From the NCBI GenBank assembly GCA_028534125.1, contig CM052832.1, forward strand, positions 19,098,001-19,162,000: 64,000 bases of DNA, in the 5' to 3' direction. Below are positions 1 to 14,069 of the stretch, one piece after another. The stretch is from Lama glama (taxonomy: Eukaryota). Each line of letters starts with the position of its first letter. Positions within the stretch are counted from its first letter, which is position 1. The translations under genes were made by a program, and so were the position numbers. Below the pieces are notes generated by a model. That model made no database searches. It was not told where the DNA came from and saw only the letters and a program-made list of their open reading frames with translations.

Positions 1-570
1 ATTGGCCAGGAGGTACCAAAATCCAGAACGCCAATAAATTCCTAGATCCTTCCCCATGAACTCTTTTTTCCTAAGTTCCTAAGCAGCTCATCAATCTTAA
101 CCGTGTCACAGGGAGGTGTAAATGAAAAAAAAAAAAAAAAACGGGGGCTGAGAATTACCAAAATTAAAGTTGTTTGCCTTTCTATAGTCAAGATTTAACA
201 TGTGACCGACCTTAAGCAGTAAATATAAGACTAATGATTCTTGAGAAAAGAATGAAAGGCCACACCTTAAGATTTGCTAAAATCTTGGATGGGTGCAGGG
301 GACAAGAGGGCAGGGACCGGGAGGCCTGATGGGACATGAAGAAAGGGATTAATACCTCAAATGAAAAAGTTAATGACCTATGAAGAAAAATAGCTCTGGG
401 AAAATTTGCCTTCCCTGTGACTTAGTCAAAAAATTACCTTTAGGTGACCAAAAAGACCCCACGGTGGTTTCTGTGTATTTGGGTGCTCTCCTGATGGACA
501 CTGACAGATCAGTGATGATGGCTGTGACTTAGAGTTAATGTAAATTAAGACATAAGGATACAGTGGTCCA

Positions 571-713
571 GGAGGGAGGGTATAGCTCAGTGGTAGAGTG
601 TGTGCTTAGCATGTACAAGGTCCTGGGTTCAATCCCCAGGACCGCCATTAAATACATAAATAAATAATCCTAATTACCTCCCCACCCCCACCAAAAAATT
701 TTTTTAAAAAATA
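571..713 (+). mobile_element. tRNA-derived SINE (camelid Vic-1 type)
   Basis: A box (tagctcagtgg), B box (ggttcaatccc), A-rich tail containing cctaattacctcccc; imperfect TSD atacagtggtcca / atacagtagtcta. Confidence 0.85.
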
Positions 714-2697
714 ATACAGTAGTCTACTTCAGTTTTTGTGGATTTGCATGCTGTGAAGGTTATAGTAAAGGCTAGTTTTAAACTCCAGCATATCCCAAGT
801 CTGGGAGCACCAGTTACTCCCTTTTACCCTTTTCTCCTGGGGGATAGGCAGGATCCTTGGTGCTAAACCATTCCCAGCCCCCCAGCTCCTAAAAGGGGCT
901 CTGTGCCAGGCAAAAATGTGCAGACTTATGATTTCACCCACCCAAACCAATCAACTCTAGGGAAAATATTTGTTTCAAATTAATGTTAGCAAGCAGACAT
1001 CCCACATTTATCTTTTCTATTATCAAACTGAAAGCAAGCCAGAGAGGTCAAGGTCCTCATATCCAGTGGCTTTCTCAATTTTAGGTCCCCCATCTATCTC
1101 ATTGGGCTGAAATAACCCAGAGTCTATCCACGCTACTCACTGCTGTTTGCCATCTTCTGGTACCCAGCAGTGCCACCGCCACTTCGGAAGCCTAATTTTC
1201 TCCCAGGAAAGAAAACCATTATTTGTTACCCACTATCGACTCTTCACAAGCTCAGGAAGAACATCTGATTTGGTGGCAGGCTCCCTTCCTTCTACCTGCC
1301 CTTCCTGTTGGTGTTCCTAGAGGCGCTCCGCTGGGTCCCTTCCCCCTCTGCGTGTCCTCCCTGGGGAAACAGTGACTTCTGCGGTTTTCCTTGTTATCTA
1401 TATGCTAATAACTCCCAATATTTCCAGTGCAGGCCTTCCCTTCCTATCTGGGATCCAGCTTGCTGTTAGTTACCTCTCCCAGGAAGTCACTTCTAACTCC
1501 ACCTCTCTCACCCCCACCTCTATTCTCCCGTATCTTGGTGGATTGTACATCCATCTCCCAGTAGCTCCCAGGAGCCATTGGTGACCCGGTCCTTGCCTTC
1601 ATCCTCCACATCCAACAGCCTCCTCATCCCGTGGACCCCACGACCTTAGTAGCGGGAATTTGTTCCCTCTTTATCCCCATTCTGCTCACCTGGATTCCAG
1701 CCATCTTCCCAGCAGTCTCACTGCCTCCTTGTGGTCCATCCTCTCCGCTGCAGTCAGAAAGCTCGTAATAAAATACAAATCCTCCTTGAAACCCTTACAT
1801 GGCTTTCCATGATCTTAGAATGATGTCCAAAAACTGTCATGTGGCTTTTAACGCCCCCCTCAATTTGGGCCCTGTACCAAGTTATTCCCCTGACCTAGAA
1901 TTATTTCCTTCCCCGCCCCCCCCAAACACTACACACACACATCCACACACACACAACCCCTACCACAAAGTGCCCAAATTTGACTAACTCCTCTAAGATA
2001 CCACTTTCTCCAGGAAGACTTCCCTGATCAGACCAGGCTGCATTTCTCAGGCGTGTTCTGCCCTAGCATTCCTTGACTCAGCCTCAATTATTGTAAGAAT
2101 TTTTTCACTTGTTTCACAATCTGTCTTCTCACCAGACTGTAAACTCTTAGGGGCCACAACCGTGTCATATTCATTACTGAGTCTCCCAGGCTCTATGAAC
2201 TGCCTGGTTCACAAAATGTTCAGTAAGTGTTTGTGGAATACAAATAGAAGAATTCCTATCCTCGAACCTTATTGTCCTGCTCTGTTTTACTCTAGAAGCT
2301 AAAATTAGGAATTCTTAAATTAGAGCTATTTTTGGAAGGAGTGAGATACAATAGAAAGAACTAGGCAAGTGGATTCTATTCTGGAAAAGTAGGCGGGTCA
2401 CTGCACTTCTCCAGGCCTGGCGTCCTCTGTGAAATGAGGAACTTCGCGGATCACCAGAGCTCCTGCAAGTACAAATCCTGGGCTCCAACCTAGGAAAGTC
2501 TAATGCAGTGCATCTAGAGTGGTACCCCGGAATCCGTACTTTTACAGGAGCTCCCTAAGTGATCTTGACACTCAGCTAGGTTCAGGAATGCCGGGGTAAG
2601 ATGGTTTTTAAAGTCCCCGTCAGCTATGAAATGATAAGGCTCGTGTAATCCCACACATAAGTGTCAGAACTCTGTTTTAACTACTTTCTCCTTGTAG

Positions 2698-2788
2698 GCT
2701 ACTGAAAGCATTAAAATGCTAGTGACATTGTGTCAGTCTGATACTGAAGAAATCAGGAATGTGGCCTCAGAAACCCTCTTGTCTCTTG
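2698..2788 (+). CDS. RIPOR2: RIPOR2 (FAM65B) penultimate coding exon, ATESIKMLVTLCQSDTEEIRNVASETLLSL
   Basis: Acceptor ttctccttgtag ends at 2697; donor gtgagt at 2789; 91 nt (30 codons +1). Peptide recognised as the RIPOR2 C-terminal region; synteny with ARMH2/GMNN. Confidence 0.9.
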
Positions 2789-4051
2789 GTGAGTTGTTGT
2801 TGTTGTTTTTTTTTTTTACATGAGTGTTTACTTCTGACACTCTCAAACAGATTGGTAAGGAGAAGTTCCATGTGCCCTGTTTTGGCAATTTTCCACCTGT
2901 AGGCCATCTGCTTCCACTTATACACGCACACACACAGTATGAGGAACTAATCATTCTCCATCTCACTCCAGCTCCTTCTTCTGTCTGGATGTTGAGGGGG
3001 AAGGTTACTCTCTGGAGCCTTTCTAGCTGGGTAATTCACTCTGTGCACTATTTGGAATCAAAAACAGAAACACTGAACTATAAAGCAGAGGTAGTAGTCA
3101 GGAGTCCAGGTTGGATTGCTGATTGGAGTTGGCTGAGGTTGCAAGGATTCATCTCTCAGGAAAGGCCTTAATCCCACACATCCCATAGCCTCCCCCAGAC
3201 TCTCAGGTTAACCTCTGATTGCCCTGCGGGCCTATGCCCACCTGAGCCCTGACACCAAAGAAAAGAAGTGAAGTATTTTATTTTATTCTGGAATATTCAA
3301 ATAACCTTTCTCCTTCACTTCACACTATAAAGGTTCATGCCTAGCAGGTTTCATACTTTATTTATTTTCTTTAGAGTTGGGAGGGTGGAGAGAGCCTTTT
3401 TTTAAACCCGTATACAAAATATAAATACTTGTTATGAATGATTTTACTACTACAGTGTACTCTTAAAGTGTAAAAGCTATACTCCTGAAAGTCCTCAAAT
3501 GTAATCTGGTCAATAATACAAGTTGGAAAAAAGCTGCCACCCTAGTTTAACTCTAGCAGCTTAATAATGTGAGAGAGAATCTCACGGCATTTGTAATCAC
3601 CGTGACAACCAGACTCATTATTTGGTGTCCTTTCTTGCAGTTACCAACTGAATAAGGCTCAATTGTGCCATTGAATATATCATTCAGTGCACAGAAACCT
3701 TAGCCAACGTATGTTTGTTTAAAGGATAAAACGATTATTCCTTATGGCTTATTTTAGGCACAGAAATTATTTAATTCCCTAAAAATGTGCCCAGGATAGT
3801 ATTAGTTAGAACTTTTTTTGTCCCTTAGTGTTCTCTTAGTCTCTAGCATTAGCTCAAAAGTTCTTGGTTATTCTAAACACTACCTAGAAAACAACAGGAG
3901 TAAGAAGAACCAAAGATGGCTTTTCCTTACCTGAAGTTAACATTAGCAAAATATAGCAACATATACCTCAATACCTGGTATTAACTTATTCTGAACAAGG
4001 AATGAAAAAGTTAAGTTCAAACTGATACTCATTTTTGATTTCTGTATCCAG

Positions 4052-4152
4052 AAGAAGATGGGCGGCTGGCCTATGAACAGCTGGACAAATTTCCTCGAGA
4101 CTGTGTTAAAGTTGGAGGTCGTCACGCAAGTGAAGTTGCCACGGCCTTTTAG
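4052..4152 (+). CDS. RIPOR2: RIPOR2 last coding exon, (E)EDGRLAYEQLDKFPRDCVKVGGRHASEVATAF*
   Basis: Acceptor cag at 4049-4051; joins previous exon in phase; stop TAG 4150-4152; matches recalled RIPOR2 C-terminus ...EVATAF. Confidence 0.9.
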
Positions 4153-6010
4153 CTGCCAGTTAACTCTGCCTAACAGCTGTCTTAATAAATGGCCCTGTTA
4201 ACCAAGATGGTGCTTTGATTTAGCTGGAAACTGTTGAAGTTGTCTGGAAATTTAACATGTTACAGAAGGAATTCAAAGTCCAGTTTCACAGTACCTATCT
4301 ACTTTTCCTTTAGCCAACAGAACAGGGCTATGTATATTTCAGTAGATTACGTTGTTGACTGCATCTGAGGACACTTAGTAAAAGAGTCCGTCTTATCTAG
4401 TATGTATGGAATTTTAAAACAGCCATCGTTGTACCTTTTTGGAAGCTCTTCTATAAGCTTGAAATAGTCTTGTGATAATTTGATAAATATCATACGCCTT
4501 GCAGTTTTTCCTCTGTCGTGTTCTCCAGGTTGAGTGGCCCCCTTAGCTACCTGGTTTTACCTTAAATGTAAAGTACAAAAAAGGATTTCTTCAAACAAAA
4601 TTTTGCCTGCAGAACCTGGTGAAGGGACACATTGTAAGAGTTTAATTTTTTTCAATTTCATTTTTTCAAGCTTCCACTATTGCTTTTGTTTCTTTTGTCA
4701 ATCTTGAAAATTCCAAAGGCATGTTTCCATTACGGTAAAAAAAAAAAAAAAGGGTAGATGACCAAGAACCACCTTATTAAGATTATACTTGCACTCATCT
4801 AAAACAAGATGTTCAAGGCAGGGAGGGTATGGCTCAGTGGCAGAGTGCTTGCTTAGTATGCATGAGGTCCTGGATTCAATCCCCGGTAACTCCCCTAAAA
4901 AAAAAAAAGGAAGAAAGAAAGAAAAAAGAAATATAACCAAGTGTAGCATGTGGCTCTTCAATCCCCATACCTCAGTTAAAAATAAAGAAATAAAAATAAA
5001 TATACCTAATTACCTCACCCAGCCCAAAAGAAGATACTCAAAACTTAAGGGATTTTTTTTGTTTAAACAAGAGCCATTTTTTAATGACACTTTCACAGTA
5101 GAGGCATTTTGTTGCTAAGACAAATCAAAATCAAAAGTTTTCAGAAAGCTGTGATGCTCCTTAAGGTAGAAAAATATAGAAGTTGGAGGAATCTTGATGG
5201 GTTGAAAGCAGAGAGTCATTAAAAGTGGTCCTTACCATGAGGTTGGGAAGAAGAATGCCCTGAACGATGGCTACTGCCCCAGAGAAACAATAAATCACTA
5301 GATAAGATCCCTTGGCCAGACAGTTAAAACAACAGCTTCCATTACTGCTTCCGTATCAGGTAGCAAGTCCTTTAAATAAAGTACAGTCCATTCAGTAGCT
5401 CTCATTAAATAACTTTTCTTCCTCTTAAGAGTGTACAAGGTGGGATATGCCAGGCTATCAAAATAATACGTTTGAGTGTAATTTAAACTGTGGAATATCA
5501 ACTGTTCTCTGAATGTGTTTGTATAAAATATCATTTAGATGTCATTTGAAATATTTGCATTTTAGCAAGATCTTTAAAAACAACTCTTATTTCATTTTGA
5601 AGTGAATATTGTTTGTTGGGCTTCCTGGCAAATAAGTTCTTTGAACTGTGAAGTTACAATGTACATATATTTGTATATTTATAAATATTATATATACGCA
5701 TATATCTTTCATTTTAAAGGTACATTGTACAGTCTATAGTTAGTATGTATAGACTATAGTCTCTGTTAAATGGCTGAAGTAGTTCTTTTTATAGAAAGTC
5801 AAATCACAAGTGTTAACAGAGTTGTTTGTTTTGTTGTTTGGGTTTTTTTTATTTTTTGAATATTGCATGAGTAATTAAGTCCGTATCTTTTGTATTCACT
5901 TCTGCATTTTATTTTTTGGTTGAAGGGGGTGCTTTTAGTTTTGTGGCATTTGTATTCATCACTCTTTCAATCATCTAAGTTAAAATAAAAATTATTTTTG
6001 AATTACTAGT
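4153..6010 (+). other. RIPOR2: Probable RIPOR2 3'UTR with polyA signal AATAAA at 5984-5989
   Basis: AT-rich sequence after the stop; AATAAA followed by GT/T-rich downstream sequence; Pumilio-type TGTACATA at 5660-5667. The 3' end is inferred. Confidence 0.6.
4817..5025 (+). mobile_element. Vic-1-type SINE, apparently dimeric, in RIPOR2 3'UTR
   Basis: Full tRNA-like head, A-rich linker, second degenerate B-box segment (ttcaatccccatacctc) and cctaattacctc tail; imperfect TSD aaaacaagatgttcaa / aaaagaagatactcaa. Confidence 0.8.
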
Positions 6011-6189
6011 CTCACGTTCAGAGTTTTGGTGTATTTTTTCACATGCCCTTCTTGAGTTGGTACTTACACAACACACTACACCTCATTCTCAACTTGAATT
6101 TATTCTTATCTTGAAATTCCTTCATCTTTCTATGAGGATAATAATATTTACTTCTCAGATTTGTTGTAAAGCTAATTGCAGAAAAAAGA

Positions 6190-7765
6190 GCAGCGTTTCG
6201 TCTTGTTCCTTCGTCTCTAACATATTCCTCTGCCACCTCATTTTGTCTAAGTTGCTGTTGGTATTTTTAAGAATATTGTAGGTGAATTACGTTTCTCGAC
6301 CTTGGAGAAGTGGTCTCTGTACGAGGTGTCCCAGCAGTGCAGCCCCGCTCCCGTCACTCAAGCTCAGGGGTACGCTCAGGGGTTCTCCCTAAGAGGGCTG
6401 TGTGGGCCCTCCTGTTGGGAAGGGCCGACTCTGGGCAGGCTGGTAGGCTTGGTTGGCCCCTAGGCTGGTTGGTTGCCTTGTGTGGATGCTGGATGCTGGA
6501 TGCTGCTGACCGCTGTTTAGCAGGGCCCAGTCACAGGGTGGTTGCTTGTGGAATCTTAAGGAGCCCCTGGGCTAGCGCTGGCTCACTGGTGGGCGGAGTC
6601 AGGGCCCGAAAGACATTGAGGCTGTTGCCCTCTTATTGGCAGGTGAGGCCAGGTCCTGGAATTGGTTTTAGACTACTGGCAGGCAGAGCTGGTTCCTGGA
6701 GTCTAGCTGCAGGGCCCAGGGATCCCAGAGCTCCTTTCAGATATTCGGGGAGGGGGTTAGGGGGAAGGGGCGAGGTGGGGGTCGGTTCCTGATACAGTTG
6801 GGTATGGGGTCTGGGGTGTCCTGCAGGTTGCATTGGCCTGGTAGTGGGCAGGGCCAGGGACTAGCTGGTTCCAGGGTAGGGCCTGGCCTGTGTTGCAGGA
6901 TCATGGTTTTCTTGCTTCCGCTGTCTCCCCAGACGTGAGCGAGGCTGGTCTCCAGACTTGTGCAGGCTTCCTGGCGGGAGGCCCCGTGCCTGTCCACTGG
7001 TGGGCCGAGCTGGGTCCTGGCCCTCGGGTGGGCGGGGCGGTGCTCGGGGGCGAGCCCAGAGGCAGCTGTGGGCTCTTTAGTCGTTAGGCGGCAGTTCTGC
7101 TGAAGGGTGGGGCTGAGTCCCCGCCCAGTTAGTTATTTAGCCTGAGGCGTCCCAGCACTGGTTGTTGGGTGGGGGCTGGTCCGGCGCTAACGAGCCAGTG
7201 GGAGGAGGGAGGATCCCACACAGTGGCAGCACCTGTGGCCCCCAGATATGGCCGCCACCAGAGCCTGTGTCCCCGGTAAGCCGCAGCCGCCCTCCGCCTC
7301 GCGGGGAGACTCTCCAAGACCCGCAGGTAGGTCTGGCCCAGGCTCCCGTCAAATGACTGCTTTGCCCTGGGTCCCCCTGCTCCTGAGAGTTTGTGTGCAC
7401 TGTGCGCCTTTAAGCCTGTGGGGCTCCAGCACTGAGGCCCCGCTAGCCAGCAAAGCCGACTGTTCTGCGGGCTGGTCTTCCTGGCGCCGGAACCCCCGGC
7501 GGGGGAGCCTGACGTTGGGCCCAGAACTGTCACCCCTGTGGGAGGGCCTCGGTAATTATTCTCCAGTGTGTGGGTCGCCCACCGCGGGGAAAGGGATTTG
7601 CCCCTCCTGCTCATCTTGTGGTTCCTTCGTTAAGTCTTTACTTGTAGATCTGTTCTGGTAGATTCGTGTCTTTTTCATCCATGGTGGTTCTGCAGATAGT
7701 TTTAATTTAGATGTGCTTGTGAGGAATGGAGCTCAGTGTCTTCCTACTCCCAAATCTTGGCCACT
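6190..7765 (-). mobile_element. LINE-1 (or half-L1) 5'UTR / ORF1-proximal fragment, GC- and CpG-rich
   Basis: Minus strand starts ccaagatttgggagtaggaagacactgagctc, resembling the L1 5' terminus; body resembles recalled cetartiodactyl L1 5' regions. Confidence 0.65.
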
Positions 7766-8632
7766 CTCAATGCATTTATTTCTCTATCACCCAAAGGCCT
7801 TAACTTTATGTCTTCCCAATGCCAGCTTGCATAAACAATACAGTTAGGAGGTACTCTAATTGAAGAAATCTTGATAGGCACTACGTGCACGCCTCACTGA
7901 TGCCCAGGGACTGACTCCATCATGGGTAGTTGTCCTTGCTGCAGTAACGGCTGGTGCCCATAACGTAGAGCCTGCACTGTTTAGAAAATAAGCTTCTATG
8001 TTCTCTCTTCTACGTACTTTGTGATGATGCCTTGTGATCCGAATCAGCGGCATCTCTGCAAACCGCGTGTCCTAGAGCGGCGTTTCAGAGTTACGGTATC
8101 CACGAGCAGCCCCTTGAGGGTAAAAAGAGTCCCTGAGATTTTCCTGGGGGCAGTATCTCTTATAAAACAAATATTTTTTTATTTTTGAGAAAATTCTAAG
8201 TACACCTTTTGTAGGGAACAATATTTGTTAAAAACTAGTTCTCTTAACGTCTCAACAAGTATCTATTGCATACTTACTTTTTTAATGTATGAATATGCTG
8301 GGGACTCTTCTTGGCAATGGAGTTACAGCAGTGAAAAAAAAAGGGACATAAAAATCCCTGCCCTGACAGGGTTCGTATCCTCGAAAGAGGAGATAGTATG
8401 ACAGAAAAGGAATAATAATTGCCCATGTTGGGGGTGGGGGACGTGATAGGCAAAAAACTACAAGATTCAAGGAGGGTGGTCAGGGAATGCCTAATAGAAA
8501 CTTATATTTGAGGATGATCTGGGGAACCGATGGGGTGAGTCATCTGGGTATGTGTGTATCTCTGGGAAGAGCATCCCAGGCAGAGGCAATAACCACAAAG
8601 GCCTTAAAAAGGGACCATGTTTGATGTTTTGG

Positions 8633-8898
8633 ATTTTCTAGTAGCCACGTCAAAAAAAGTAAAAAGAACAGGGGAAGTTAATTTTAATAAAATGTTTTAC
8701 TTAACCTAATATATCCAAATTATTTCAACTTGTAATCAATATAAAAATTATTAGCAAGATATTTTGCATTCTTGTTTTCATACTAAATCTTTGAAATACA
8801 GTATTTTATACTTACAGCACATCACAATTCAGACTAGTCACATTTCAGGTGCCTCATAGCCACATGTGGCTAGTGGGTACCATGTTGGACAATACAGG
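8633..8898. mobile_element. hAT-Charlie DNA transposon fragment (MER33/MER3-like)
   Basis: Diagnostic motifs ttttctagtagccac... and tagccacatgtggctagtgg...ttggaca. Confidence 0.7.
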
Positions 8899-9019
8899 TC
8901 TATGTTTCCCTCGTTGTCCCATTAATAGCCTTTATAGCATATACACGCATATGGAAACAGGATCCAACCATGGGTTACATGTTTAATTTAGTTCTCATGC
9001 CTCATCAGGTTCTTTTCTC

Positions 9020-9675
9020 TAAAATTATAATACAGTGGATTTACAATGTTGTGTTAGTTTCTAGTGTACAGGAAAGTGATTCAGTTTTATACATATATGT
9101 ATATGTATATTCTTTTTCATATTCTTTTCCATTATGGTTTATTAAAAGATATTGAATATAGTTCCCTGTGTATACAATAGGACCTTGCTGTTCATCTATT
9201 TTATATATAGTAGTTAGTCTGCAAATCCCAAACTCCCAATTTATCCCTCCCTTGCCCTTTCCCCTTTGGTAGCCATAAGTTTGTTTTCTATGTCTGTGAA
9301 GCTGTTTCTATTTTGTAAATAAGTTCCTTCATATCATATTTTAGATTCCATATATAAATTCTATCATATGATATTTGTCTTTCTCTGTCTGACTTACTTC
9401 ACTTTATGATAATGTCTAGGTCCATCCATGTTGTTGCAAATGTCATTATTTCATTCTTTTTTATGGCTGAGTGGTACACACACACACACACACACACACA
9501 CCCCCGCCCCACACCTTCTTTATCCAGTCATCTGTCAATGGACATTTAGGTTGCTTCCATGTCTTGGCTATTGTAGATAGTGCAGCTATGAACATTGGGG
9601 TGCATGCATCTTTTTGAATTAGTGTTTTCTCTGGATATATGGCTAGGAATGGGATTACTGGATCATATGGTAACG
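9020..9675 (-). mobile_element. LINE-1 3' end with (CA)n microsatellite
   Basis: Typical antisense L1 3' text (tacaatgttgtgttagtttc...ggtccatccatgttgttgcaaatg...ggatcatatggtaa). Confidence 0.85.
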
Positions 9676-9799
9676 CTCCTCTTTAGGCTCTTTTAATCTA
9701 GAACAGTAATGCCCTCCCCCATTTTTAAACTTCCACACTTACTATATTTGAAGAGAACAGGAAGTACATTTTGAGGATGTCCCAATTTTGGCAGGTGTC

Positions 9800-10510
9800 C
9801 AAATTTCTACTTCGAAAGTAGAGCCAATAGGATTTTTTGATCAGTTAGAAATGAAATGTGAAACAGACAGCAGCCAAGAGTGAATCCAAAAATTTCAGTC
9901 TGAACAGCTGGAAGGATGGAATGCCATCTTCCAAGACTGGGAAACTGAGAAGCAGCAGGTTCTGAGAGAAAGACTAGGAATTCTGCTTTGGACATGTTAA
10001 GTTGAGGGAGCCTCTTAGCCATCCAAATGTAGATATCAAGTTGGTGATTGAAAGTAACTGTTTGGAGTTCAGGTGAGAAACCAGGTAAAATTACAAAATT
10101 GGGAGTCTTCAGCAGATGGATTTTACTTAAAGCCTTTATTTCATCCAGGAAGTACAGAAAGAAAACAAGAAGTACAAGGACTGAGACTTGGGACACTAGT
10201 ATTTAGAGGTCAGAAAGGAAAGGGGGAAGGAGCAAAGGAAAAAGAACAGTGGACAGTAGGGAAAAATTAAATGAGTATGACGTCTTAGAAGCCAGGTAAA
10301 AAAAATGTGTTTCAAGGAAAAATGAGTCACAAATGCTGAGGACTGAGAACTGGATTCAGCAGAATGGAACTCATCAGTATCCCTGATAAACAATTTCAGT
10401 CGAGTTGTGGGGTTGAAATCCAATTTGGAGTACATCCAAGGGAGAATGAAAGAATATTTGAAATGGCTAGTATGGCAGCACTTTGAAGAGTTTTTATATA
10501 AAGGGGAGCA
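9800..10510 (-). mobile_element. Ancient L2 LINE fragment
   Basis: Motifs ctgaacagctggaaggatggaatgccat and tttggacatgttaagttgag typical of antisense L2. Confidence 0.65.
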
Positions 10511-10805
10511 GAAAAATGAATGTGTAATGACTAGGGGGAGGGGCTAGATGAGGTCAAGAACGTTGTTTTCTTTTTTTTGATGAGAAAAAGGACAGCGTGC
10601 TTGTTGATAATGCAAAGGACCCCGCTGAGATGGAAACATTAATGAGGCAAGAGAAGAATTGTGACCAGTCTCCTTGAATGGAGTGAGAGGGATTGATTGA
10701 AATCTGTGTTAAGTGGAGAAGACATCCATGTAACAGGAGGGAAGTCAGAGTATACAGGCACAGACACAGATCAGTGGGTGGATGTGATGGTGAGAGCTAT
10801 GGAAA

Positions 10806-10918
10806 GTTTTTTTTTTTTTTCAGTTTTGTTTTGTTTTTTAATGGAGGGATTGGGGATTGAACCTAACACCTTGTGCATGCTAAGCACGTGCTCTACCACT
10901 GACCTATACTCTCCCCCC
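10806..10918 (-). mobile_element. Vic-1-type SINE
   Basis: Reverse complement of tRNA-like head (ggggattgaacc...ctctaccactgacctatactctcccc) preceded by poly-T. Confidence 0.85.
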
Positions 10919-11358
10919 GGAAGATCTTTTTTGATTGCTTCCAAAATAGGATCAATGTAGGAAATCCATGCTGTAGAGAAAAACTCTATGTAACAAACAA
11001 GCCAAACAGGCATGAAAGATCAATGGAAAGAAGTTGAGTACATGCTGTAACAGTCAGCACAGAATAGGCCAGTTCCTAGAAGTCATTGCCTTACCAAACG
11101 TGCAAAGACAGAATGAGCTTGGTGTGTGTTAGGAGAAACTTGACTAGTTTAAGCTGAGATTTGTGTGTGTGTGTGCACCAGAGAAGTCAAAGTAAGCTTG
11201 GTTGAGCTCAAATTGTAGAAGGCCTTCAATGCCAGGCTGAAGGAAGAATCTAGGTGTACATTGCTTCCCCCTGGTTCGTGTACTCCATTCCGCAGTGTTG
11301 CTAAGTGCTGCATTCCAGAGTTCCTGACTGTTCACTTCTGTCACTGCCCGTGGTGTAA

Positions 11359-11736
<378 letters not shown>

Positions 11737-13382
11737 TAGTCTAACATCCCAATAATATTTCCTTTGCCTAAATTATTAGTTTTTGGTCTTTATACCACCA
11801 AAGATAATTACTATCTCCTCAACAATCTCACACTTTAAAAGAATGTGTCCATCAAATAAATTACTAATTATTTTTCTGCTTGTATTAATTAAAAATACAT
11901 ATATATATACATATACTGAAATTGCCTATCAAAGTTTTCAATATCAAAAAAAAAATCAAAGAACCTACACTGAATTGGTGTAATTTCAACCCTTTTACAG
12001 GGTAAAAACTACTTGATATTTTATTTTTTATCTTATAAAAATGCATTACCCAGACAATAGTTTAGAAAAATCAATAAGAACATAAGGCTCTTAAAACACC
12101 CACCAGGAAAGCCAGTAGGTGCATGAGTGAAAAGCAACTATTAATGTATACTTGGCTACAAAGTTAAATGGTAAACCATTTAAACACACATCACTCTAAA
12201 TGATTGCCACGTCCAAACTTGCTTCATTTTTTTCTAATAAATTTCGAGATATGTAAAAAAAAAATTTATAGATAGTCCTCAACAACACATCTCCTAATCA
12301 GAAGCTCTGGTTGGTAGCTGTTAGTGTCATAGGTCGGTTGATTATTTTTTAAATGGGAAAATGAGTTAGTTAGATATAGTATGACAGACTAAATCTTTCA
12401 CAGAATCGTGTCCATGAGAGAAAATAGTGACTGTTTTCAAGGACCAGGGGGGCCTGGGTGTCAGAATGATTGAGAACCAGCAGCATAGGATTAGAGAGAT
12501 GACAGATACTCAGGACCCCCATGTGAAGGAGGGGTCAGTGGCATCCGCCGTGAGGCAGGCTCAGTCCCCTGCACAGTGGTAATCACCATGTGAGGTACAG
12601 TTAGCTCTGATAAAGGGATCTGCATCACTTAACTTGATGTTATTTAGCCCTGGCTGTGCTAGTCAAAACAATGGAACAGGCTTATGCCCAAGTTTTGGCT
12701 AAAACTTTACATTGAATAGAATATTCTTGGGACCATGGGACTTTGGTAGTGCAAGTAAGAGGAATCCAAGCTGGGACAAAACTCCAGTGGCTAGAATTCA
12801 GCCAACTATGCCAGCTACTCCTCACCATCTAAGCTGTCTTCACCAATGCCGCCTTCTCTAGTACCTTCTTGGAGTTGGAGATTTGAACTAAGAAGATCTG
12901 AGGTTCAGGTATGTGATAGAAGTAGAGTCAAGCACCAGGTTGGTCCCAAGTCTGCAAAAGAGGGCTGAGAAATGCGTAAGGAGAGAGGACAGCGATGGGT
13001 AACTCAGGAAAAACCTCTCTCTTACTGTTAGATTCTGACTTTGCAGCTCAGCCTTTTGGTTTACTCTTTGTTTGCTCTAATGCTCTGCTCTTTTTTCAAG
13101 TATTGAAGACAGAGACTCAGGAATGAGACCATGAGGAAGATTTGCTAAGTGAACCCAGTCAGGTTTTATTCACCTTGAAATACTGACCCCTACTTGCCTG
13201 ATTAAAGAAACCAGGGAGGAGCTTTTGGCAGACAGGGACCTTCCAGGGCTCCTCATATTACTCCCTGCTGATCAGCACGCACTCTCCACCTTCACAGGAG
13301 CACACGGGACAGGGAGGAGAAAAAGAGATAAATTCAAAGTAGCCAGTGTCCCATATGTAGTGACGAGAATATGAACATATGA

Positions 13383-13877
<495 letters not shown>

Positions 13878-14069
13878 TTTCTCTAAATCCAGTAACATGA
13901 TGCAGCCATCTCCACCACTGTATTACCCTAGAAAACTGAAATAAATAATAAAAGTCGGTACATTATTCTTCAGCATTTTCTCTTAGGTAGTCAAACAATT
14001 CTATATAAATTTTCAGAATTACTGCAATAACTAAACTTATGAGAAGTGCCACTGCTTAAAAGAACTTCA

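Noticed and set aside
574..645. tRNA-like sequences (also near 4820, 10850, 49390, 56320)
   Set aside because: A-rich tails, TSDs and divergence mark them as SINEs, not functional tRNA genes.
6310..7661. Many overlapping 60-160 aa ORFs on both strands
   Set aside because: They lie in a GC-rich L1 5' fragment where stops are rare; low-complexity peptides with no recognisable family.
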